The position numbers and the translations under genes were made by a program. Below are positions 27,841-34,397 of a stretch of 34,397 nucleotides of DNA, in pieces (positions within the stretch are counted from its first letter, which is position 1; each line of letters begins with the position of its first letter). Below the pieces are notes generated by a model that was not told where the DNA came from, ran no database searches, and saw only the letters and a list, made by a program, of their open reading frames with translations. This DNA comes from an uncultured Nitrospinaceae bacterium (GTDB lineage Bacteria > Nitrospinota > Nitrospinia > Nitrospinales > VA-1), in NCBI GenBank assembly GCA_964412825.1, contig CAYPQH010000005.1:1-34397 (forward strand). Direction: 5' to 3'.

Positions 27841-28977
27841 ATGGTAATCGTAAAACAGGTGACCGGTGATAAGAAGGGAATGAAGGATTTTCTGGAATTC
27901 CCTTATTCTTTGTACAAAAACGATGAACACTGGTGCCCTCCTCTTAGATTCGAAAGAAAAGACTTCTTCAGCCAAAAAAATCCCTTCATGAAGCACAGCG
28001 AAGTCGGCTTTTTTGTCGCCTATAAAGACAACCGGGTGGTGGGCCGGGTCACGGCGCATCGGGATGACATCTACGACAAATTTTACAATACCCGGCAGGG
28101 GTTTTTTGGTTTCTATGAAGCCATTGAAAGCGACGAGGTCGCTGAAAAACTCATGCTTGCCTCTGAAGACTGGATAAAAACCCGTGGGATCGATTCTTTG
28201 ATGGGACCCTTCAATTTCACAACCAACCACGAAGTGGGGTTTTTGATCAAGGGATTTGACCGCCCCCCCGTGATCATGATGACTTACACCAAACCCTACT
28301 ACCCAGACCAATTGAAAAAACTTGGATATAAAAAAGAGAAAGAACTCATTGCTTTCTGGGTCGATAGAAACACGGAAAAGCCGGAATTTTTTACCGTCAT
28401 GGCCAAAAGAATAGCCAGGGAAATAGAGGGCTCTTATGAAATCAGAACCATGAACATGGCGGATTTCAAATCGGAACTAAAAATCATTCTGGATATCTAC
28501 AATGAGGCATGGAATAAAAACTGGGGTTTCGTTCCCATGACGGCGGAAGAAATCGATGACATGGCCCGCCAGCTCAAAGACATTATCCAACCTGAGTATA
28601 TTTATTTTTTGTATAAAGACGGAGAACCGGCGGCCTTTTTGCTCTGCCTTCCCGATATAAATAATGTCTTGATCCGCATTAAATCGGGAAAACTTTTTCC
28701 CACGGGAATTTTCAAACTTCTCTTCTTTAAGAAATATATACAGACGGGAAGGATTCTTCTCATGGGTGTCAAAAGCCAGTTCAGAAACCAGGGCCTCGAC
28801 GTTCTAATCTATAACCGTATGATTGAGGATATGTTCTCTAAAGTGCCCAAATCAATAAAGAGCGCTGAAATGTCGTGGATTCTGGAAGACAACTACGTGA
28901 TGGTGAACATTCTAAAAACCATGAATGCCGATCCTTATAAACGTTATCTCATTGTGAAAAAATCTCTCGGATTATAA
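27841..28977 (+). CDS. GNAT-fold N-acyltransferase resembling bacterial ceramide synthase (bCerS/YghO family)
   Basis: FPYSLYKNDEHWCPPL...NPF, VVGRV, GFFGFYEA, GPFNFTTNHEVGFLIKGF, PYY, YNEAWNKNWGFVPMT, LPDIN, MGVKSQFRNQG and EMSWILEDN match the pattern I recall for this family. RBS aggag upstream. Confidence 0.75.
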   Translation: MVIVKQVTGDKKGMKDFLEFPYSLYKNDEHWCPPLRFERKDFFSQKNPFMKHSEVGFFVAYKDNRVVGRVTAHRDDIYDKFYNTRQGFFGFYEAIESDEVAEKLMLASEDWIKTRGIDSLMGPFNFTTNHEVGFLIKGFDRPPVIMMTYTKPYYPDQLKKLGYKKEKELIAFWVDRNTEKPEFFTVMAKRIAREIEGSYEIRTMNMADFKSELKIILDIYNEAWNKNWGFVPMTAEEIDDMARQLKDIIQPEYIYFLYKDGEPAAFLLCLPDINNVLIRIKSGKLFPTGIFKLLFFKKYIQTGRILLMGVKSQFRNQGLDVLIYNRMIEDMFSKVPKSIKSAEMSWILEDNYVMVNILKTMNADPYKRYLIVKKSLGL

Positions 28978-28986
28978 TCAGGAGGC

Positions 28987-29715
28987 TCAATAGTCGAATA
29001 TTTCCCCACCGGGAATGCGGCGCGGTTTTTTACCGAATTCCAGGGGATGGTCGGTACCGGGCAGGATGGTGCCATCCATTGAATAAGCGCCGATTTTGCT
29101 CCAGGTCCCAGCCTGAAAGTTGGACACATATTCTATCTTCAAAATAGCCTTGGGGTTCTTATAGCCGTATTTAAATGGAACGATCACCCGCAAAGGAAAC
29201 CCATGCTCGTCCGTCAAAGGTTTTCCGTCCATGTTGTAGGCCAGAAGAGTTTCCTCCTTTAGCAAACTTTCGCGTGAAAGGTATTCCGTGTAGGCGTCGG
29301 CGCAATGAAACACGACGCCGATGGCTGAAGGCAGAGGCTGAACCTTCTTCTCCAGTTCTGCCATTGAAAACCCCTGCCACTGGGCACGCGCCGACCAGCA
29401 TTCCACACATTTCAGGCGCGAGTTCCGGGTTTTGACCGGAAAGGTTTTGATGTCCTCTAAAGTAAAGACGCCGGGATTTTCGCAAAGCCCTCCAACTTCC
29501 AGTTTCCAGCGTGCAGGCTGGATACGCCGCATGGGTTTCCAGTAATTGATGTAAAACCCTTCGTGCTCTCCGGCGCGGGTTTTGCCAACAAAATCCGTCC
29601 CGGCAAACGGGTCGGTGTCCGCCCAGCTTTTTGAAAAAGGGTGCAAAACCATCCCCCATGTCAGGGCAAAAAATGCACCCAACCAACGAATGAGAAAATT
29701 TCTTCTTGATTCCAT
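28987..29715 (-). CDS. Tat-exported molybdopterin-dependent oxidoreductase (sulfite oxidase family, MsrP/YedY-like)
   Basis: Tat motif MESRRNFLIR (ATG at 29715), WKLEVGGL, RLKCVECWS (Mo-ligand Cys), LLAYNMDGKPL and HGFPLRVIVPFKYGYKNPK. Confidence 0.85.
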   Translation of the reverse strand: MESRRNFLIRWLGAFFALTWGMVLHPFSKSWADTDPFAGTDFVGKTRAGEHEGFYINYWKPMRRIQPARWKLEVGGLCENPGVFTLEDIKTFPVKTRNSRLKCVECWSARAQWQGFSMAELEKKVQPLPSAIGVVFHCADAYTEYLSRESLLKEETLLAYNMDGKPLTDEHGFPLRVIVPFKYGYKNPKAILKIEYVSNFQAGTWSKIGAYSMDGTILPGTDHPLEFGKKPRRIPGGEIFDY

Positions 29716-29948
29716 TTCGATCCCGCGCAACGAAAAATCAAAAAAAATAAAACGACGATGGGTTGGAGTCCCGTGGCCTGTCTTAATTAACTTTCCATCT
29801 CTTTTTTGTAGCTGTCTTGTGACAGGTCTGTGACCTGCACGAAATTTTCAACGGTTAGTATTTAATACTGGCGATGGTTTTTATCCCTTTGCTTCGATAT
29901 ACTGGGCTTGGACATCTAATTAATTGAGCATAATTTCACAAGATCCTT

Positions 29949-30911
29949 ATGAAAGTATTTTATACATGTACTGGAAGCCTTGCATTTGTTTCACTCATTT
30001 ATTTATTTGGAGAAATAAATGGCATCCCTGAGGGAAACTCAGTTGGAAATTTTATTTTAGAAATTTTTTCTCCGTATATAACGTTAAATCTCAGCAGATA
30101 TTATTTTTTACTTTTTGTAAATGGCACCTGGGTCCTGATTTATAGCATCATTAATTTAAAATATTCATCAATCGTTGCAAAACCTCTGAATGCAAAATTA
30201 GGGCAATGCACTATAGTTACGATTTTATTCATGCTCCTTTATTTAACGGTATGGCCCGGCATGAATCGCAGCATTCCTCTTTCTTATAGCAAATGGCCCG
30301 AGGATTTCGCCACCTTCCTATATCAGGAGGATGGATTATTAGAAATATTAACAGCCAGTTTACTTTTCTTGGCTTCCATCCAATTTTATTTTGCGGGGAA
30401 AAATGCGACCAGACTTTTTCTAAAGCGCCAGGTTGTAATAGCATTTTTTCTTTTGAGTATTTTTTCCATGTTTGTTTTGATGGAAGAAATAAGTTGGGGG
30501 CAAAGGATTTTCTCATGGGATACTCCAGATACAATCAAAGCCATCAACCATCAGCAGGAAACAAACCTGCACAATATATTCAACCCCATACTCCTATACA
30601 TTGAGCAATTCGTTTCAGCATTCATAGCATTGGCATTACTCTTTGTTATATTATATAGAACTCGAATAGCACCAGCCCTCCAGAGCCTCTTACCATCCGA
30701 CAAATATTATTACCTCCCTATACTTATTACAAACTCAGTAATTATCAATCCAGAATTATTTGAAGAAGTTTTTGCTCTTTCTCTATTTTTCTACAGTCGC
30801 GATATGTGGAAAGCTTATTCACCAAAATGCCCGAGCTCCGGCTCCCATGTATCTCTAAGGAACTTTGGTTATTTGAAAGGACAAATCATTTACTCAATTC
30901 CAAAAAAATGA
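29949..30911 (+). CDS. Uncharacterised polytopic membrane protein (EEISWGQR family)
   Basis: EDGLLE, MEEISWGQRIF, NHQQETNLHN and ELFEE motifs. Homologous to 7072..7932 and visibly AT-rich. Confidence 0.7.
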   Translation: MKVFYTCTGSLAFVSLIYLFGEINGIPEGNSVGNFILEIFSPYITLNLSRYYFLLFVNGTWVLIYSIINLKYSSIVAKPLNAKLGQCTIVTILFMLLYLTVWPGMNRSIPLSYSKWPEDFATFLYQEDGLLEILTASLLFLASIQFYFAGKNATRLFLKRQVVIAFFLLSIFSMFVLMEEISWGQRIFSWDTPDTIKAINHQQETNLHNIFNPILLYIEQFVSAFIALALLFVILYRTRIAPALQSLLPSDKYYYLPILITNSVIINPELFEEVFALSLFFYSRDMWKAYSPKCPSSGSHVSLRNFGYLKGQIIYSIPKK

Positions 30912-30944
30912 AACCTTATATATCAAGAAGCTTTCCTCTTGATA

Positions 30945-31679
30945 TCATTTCGACCTAGCGCAACGAAACCCCAGAAAAATAAAACGACGATCGGGAGGGA
31001 TCAAATTTCGTTCATACGTTTTACTGTATTCATAATCCAGATGAAGGTTCCACAATCCGCCACGCACGACCGATTTTTCCTCGACACGATCCGCTGTCCA
31101 CTCCCAAACCGACCCCGCCATGTCCTTGGCCCCATAAAATGAAACGTCTTTTCGATTGAGCCCGACGCGGCGTTTGATAATTCCCGAATAGTAAGGATGC
31201 GGTTTTTTTTTGGGGCGTTTGTTGCCCCAGGGATAAATTCGCCCATCCGGCCCCCCTGCCGATTTTTCCCATTCCATTTCGGAAGGCAGACGTTTTCCCG
31301 CCAGCTTGCAAAACTGTCGCGCCTCGTGCCAGTTGATGTGGCTCACAGGATGGAATTCCGCTCCCGGCCAGAAAGTATGGGCGGGGAATTTTTCTTTAAA
31401 CTCTTTATTAGTGACTTCATGCGTGTCTATTAAAAATGTTTCCAGGTCGACACGGGGTTGGTTATCGAGGAGTGATTTGGGTGGGCTTCCCGGAGTGAAC
31501 GGCCCACCAGGGATTTCCACCATCCCAAAGGTTGAGGCCCAACCATTTGGGATAATGAACCCTGATGCAAAAATACACGCCGAAAGAAGTAGCAGAGATT
31601 TTGGAAAAACTAAATTTATCACCTTGTCATCGAAACTCGTGAACCCTAAGTTTACGTTGGCGGAAAAACTATTTTCCAA
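30945..31679 (-). CDS. Formylglycine-generating-enzyme (SUMF1/FGE-sulfatase) domain protein, probably exported
   Basis: MVEIPGGPF, IDTHEVTN, HPVSHINWHEARQFC, KRLPSEMEWEKSA, YPWG, DMAGSVWEW, VRGG and GFRC. True start uncertain (possibly GTG at 31622). Confidence 0.85.
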   Translation of the reverse strand: MENSFSANVNLGFTSFDDKVINLVFPKSLLLLSACIFASGFIIPNGWASTFGMVEIPGGPFTPGSPPKSLLDNQPRVDLETFLIDTHEVTNKEFKEKFPAHTFWPGAEFHPVSHINWHEARQFCKLAGKRLPSEMEWEKSAGGPDGRIYPWGNKRPKKKPHPYYSGIIKRRVGLNRKDVSFYGAKDMAGSVWEWTADRVEEKSVVRGGLWNLHLDYEYSKTYERNLIPPDRRFIFLGFRCARSK

Positions 31680-32409
31680 ACACCTGCTTTAGAAGACCGG
31701 TGACTCTGGCCGTGGGATTCGTCCTGATCTTCGCTTCTTCTTCTCCCACCCTGAGGAAAAGCCCCTTCATTGCCTGATCGGTCACATAATTGTCCAAGTC
31801 GAGGGATTGAGCGGACATGAATGGAAGGGAAGTGAACGACTGCATCATGGTTTTATAGGACTTGGTTGCACCCACTTCATCCAGACTGGATGACACCGTC
31901 GGTTTAAACGCCGCGGCAATTTTATCACGGGTTTTGGTGCTCAGATATTCAGTGGCCGCTTTGTCACCACCATTTAAAATTCCCTTGGCATCGTCAAAGG
32001 TCATCTCTTTGATGGCCTGCATAAAAAATTCCTTGGCCTGAGGAGCCGCTTTCTCCGCCGCCTGGTTCATGGTCGTCACAAAAGTATCCACCTGCGAACC
32101 CATCCCGACTTTTTTTAGCATGTCAGCGACGTTCTGGATTTTTTCCGGCATGAGAATTTTGGTCAATTCATTGCCAGAATAGCCTCCATTCTTTGAAAGC
32201 AGGGACACGGCATTCCCGGTTCCGACCGACAATGCTTCCTTAAGTCCCGAAATTGTTTGTTCGAGATTGAGGGCATTCCCCGTCGTCCCCTCACCTCCAC
32301 CTTTGAGCATCGGACTGACTTTTTCCATGAGATCATCAAACATGCCGGAACTGGCAGGGGAAGCGATAAAAAACACAAGGACCAAGATAACGCCAATTTT
32401 TATTTTCAT
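31669..32409 (-). CDS. DUF4197 domain exported protein
   Basis: Signal peptide from the ATG at 32409. GLKEALSVG, MNQAAEKAAP, MTFDDAKGILNGGDKAATEYL and EEEAKIRTNPTARVTGLLKQVFG. Confidence 0.85.
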   Translation of the reverse strand: MKIKIGVILVLVFFIASPASSGMFDDLMEKVSPMLKGGGEGTTGNALNLEQTISGLKEALSVGTGNAVSLLSKNGGYSGNELTKILMPEKIQNVADMLKKVGMGSQVDTFVTTMNQAAEKAAPQAKEFFMQAIKEMTFDDAKGILNGGDKAATEYLSTKTRDKIAAAFKPTVSSSLDEVGATKSYKTMMQSFTSLPFMSAQSLDLDNYVTDQAMKGLFLRVGEEEAKIRTNPTARVTGLLKQVFGK

Positions 32410-32544
32410 ATTAAACTCACTTTGGTTGAATTGTCGAGAAGGAGAACTTTTCATTAGCCTCTCGCAAACTCTGCTTCATTGCAAACAAATATTTTCGACG
32501 ATCGGCCTGTGTTACGGGGCGGCAAATTGCGCTCACGGGTGAGG

Positions 32545-34365
32545 TTAAAACGGAAGCCCCAGATCTTTCAACACACTCGGTAACTTTTCTTTGAACGGAA
32601 GTTTGTCCTGTATTCCTCGGGGAACGACACCTTCTTTGGCCTTATCCAATAATCCTGTCCAGGCCGTCGACTTGTCTCCAAGAAGATCTTCGAACTTCAA
32701 CATTCCGCCCAGGGAGTCGTTCAACCCCGCAAGCGGACTGCCAGTGGAGGAGAAAATAGAGCTTTTTAAAGATTTTTCAAACTCCTTTGCCTTTCCGGTC
32801 ACAGCGCCTTTTATGGCTTTTGAAATGATCTGATCCAAGTCGGAGTCAATTTTCACATTATAGTTTTCACGCGATCCATCAATGGCGATTTTTAAATAAA
32901 ATTTATCCGTCGCGGCCAGGGTGTCTGCAACGGCTTTAAGAATTTCATTTCCCTCCTGCGCCGGAAGTTTTAAAACCAGCCCGCCCAGGTCTGCCTGAAT
33001 AACGCCGGACATATTTTTCTCGTTCTCGATTTTAAAATTGCTTTGAATATTCGCAAACCCTTTTTCGATTCCCGCCCCCTCCCCTGCTTTTAGATTGTCA
33101 AGTTTCAGGGATTTGACATTCAGGTCTATGGAATCATTTGCAATGGCCTGGGTTCGATCCAATTTGGCGGTCAATAGAAAGCTGTCGAACTTTTCATCCT
33201 GATCCGAACTGAATTTCATCACAGCCGGCTTTCCATACACTCTCTGGTTGTCCGAAAAGTCATTCAAATCCCCCGCAATTTTTGTGCCCAGCAGATCCAT
33301 TGAAAGCTTGGCGTGTCGGATCAAAAAGTCCGGAAAAGGAGCTTGTTCCCTGAACTTAACGAACACGCCCTTGCCTCGCACATATTCCGTTTCTTCTTCA
33401 GGAGGTTTCCCATCGGACCCTTTATTCAAATAAGGGCTGACCATTTCGTAATATTTCCAGAACGTATCGATCTTTTTCTTGATCTCAGGACCGAGTACAG
33501 AAGCCAGAATATTGGAGCCGCCTTTGAGATCCAGAGCGTATTTTTTCTTCAGCCTCTCAAAATCTTTTTGCGGCATGTCCTTCAATTCGGCGATCAATTG
33601 TTTGGCTCGTTTGGCGTCCGCCTGCATCTCTTTTTTGTAATTTTTAACTTTATCGAGATTTCCTTCTATGGTTTCCTGAATGGCCTTTAAATCCTGAACG
33701 GCGGTGGCGATGCCCGCAATGTCAGCGGGGCTCTTTGTTTTGCTCGTGAGAGCTTCAATCTTTTTCTGCACGTCCTCAAGAGCTTTCGTGCTGAGTTCCG
33801 TTTCCAGCCGGTTTTCCCATTTAGCCTTCAACGCCTCGATCTCCTGTTTGGCTTTTTCGACCGCCTGCAAGGTTTCCAGGTTCTCGGATTTTAAAATTTC
33901 TTCTGGCGACATGGGGTTCAGTATTTTTCCAAAACCGAACGGGTCTTTACCGCCGCCCTCCTTTTCAGAAGCGCCTTCATTTTCTTCCGCTCCGGGAGGC
34001 CGATAGGCTTTGGCGGGAGACTTTCTTTTTTGATTCAGGCGGATGCCTTCCACCGTCATTTCATCGATCACCACTTTTCTCGAAATCGCCTTCATCGCGT
34101 CTACACTGAAGGCAATGGAGCTGATTTCAACGATGTTCTCCATGAGATTGTCGGCATTGGCTACGGCCAGATTTTTCAATCCAGCAGATTGCGATGGAAG
34201 CGAGGTTCCGACAGATTCCACTTCAATCTGCGTTTGCAGAATTTTCGACCCTTCCTCTTCCAACCCCTTCTTGATCAGCCCATCCAGATAAAACGATAAG
34301 AACCCCCAAATGAGGAGAAAAAGCACCGCGAAAACTGCCAATCCCTGCCAGCGAAAAATTTTCAT
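32545..34365 (-). CDS. TIGR03545 family (AsmA-like) membrane-anchored protein
   Basis: MKIFRWQGL plus an N-terminal TM anchor, an AsmA-like N-terminal region, a coiled-coil middle, RGKGVFVKF...FPDFLI and IDSDLD. Confidence 0.75.
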   Translation of the reverse strand: MKIFRWQGLAVFAVLFLLIWGFLSFYLDGLIKKGLEEEGSKILQTQIEVESVGTSLPSQSAGLKNLAVANADNLMENIVEISSIAFSVDAMKAISRKVVIDEMTVEGIRLNQKRKSPAKAYRPPGAEENEGASEKEGGGKDPFGFGKILNPMSPEEILKSENLETLQAVEKAKQEIEALKAKWENRLETELSTKALEDVQKKIEALTSKTKSPADIAGIATAVQDLKAIQETIEGNLDKVKNYKKEMQADAKRAKQLIAELKDMPQKDFERLKKKYALDLKGGSNILASVLGPEIKKKIDTFWKYYEMVSPYLNKGSDGKPPEEETEYVRGKGVFVKFREQAPFPDFLIRHAKLSMDLLGTKIAGDLNDFSDNQRVYGKPAVMKFSSDQDEKFDSFLLTAKLDRTQAIANDSIDLNVKSLKLDNLKAGEGAGIEKGFANIQSNFKIENEKNMSGVIQADLGGLVLKLPAQEGNEILKAVADTLAATDKFYLKIAIDGSRENYNVKIDSDLDQIISKAIKGAVTGKAKEFEKSLKSSIFSSTGSPLAGLNDSLGGMLKFEDLLGDKSTAWTGLLDKAKEGVVPRGIQDKLPFKEKLPSVLKDLGLPF

Positions 34366-34397
34366 CCTCGCCCCCCGGTGATAGTTTGGTAAACTCG

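Noticed and set aside
29823-29837. Short inverted repeat caggtc-tgt-gacctg
   Set aside because: Only 6-bp arms and no U-tract, so it cannot be distinguished from chance.
1-34397. CRISPR arrays, tRNA/rRNA, IS elements, prophage or defence genes
   Set aside because: I saw no repeat-spacer periodicity, structured RNA gene, or transposase/integrase motif. Intergenic gaps are short.

Overview
Gene-dense chromosomal window from a diderm (Gram-negative-type) bacterium, judged from an LptF/G-family permease, an AsmA-like TIGR03545 protein and Sec/Tat/lipoprotein signal peptides. I saw no rRNA, tRNA, CRISPR array or mobile element. The centre (about 9.5-29 kb, possibly extending from 3.2 to 30.9 kb) is a mixed-orientation lipid/glycolipid gene cluster. 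It contains a 2557-aa single-module reducing type I PKS/FAS (KS-AT-DH-degenerate MT-ER-KR-ACP, no thioesterase), a GNAT-fold protein resembling bacterial ceramide synthase, a DEGS1/DES1-like sphingolipid desaturase, an Aur1-like inositol-phosphorylceramide synthase and a PIP-synthase-type CDP-alcohol phosphatidyltransferase. It also contains a PIG-A-like GT4, a CE4 deacetylase, a UPF0104 flippase-like protein, a Dpm1/Ppm1-like polyprenol-phosphate-mannose synthase, a GT87-like GT-C transferase, an exported START lipid-binding protein and a stand-alone MDR reductase. By inference, these genes together look like a bacterial pathway to a glycosylated inositol-phosphoceramide (GIPC/GPI-like glycolipid) with a PKS-made acyl chain. 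Serine palmitoyltransferase, inositol-1-phosphate synthase and PPTase genes are not in the window. All family calls come from motif recognition by eye, not from database searches.
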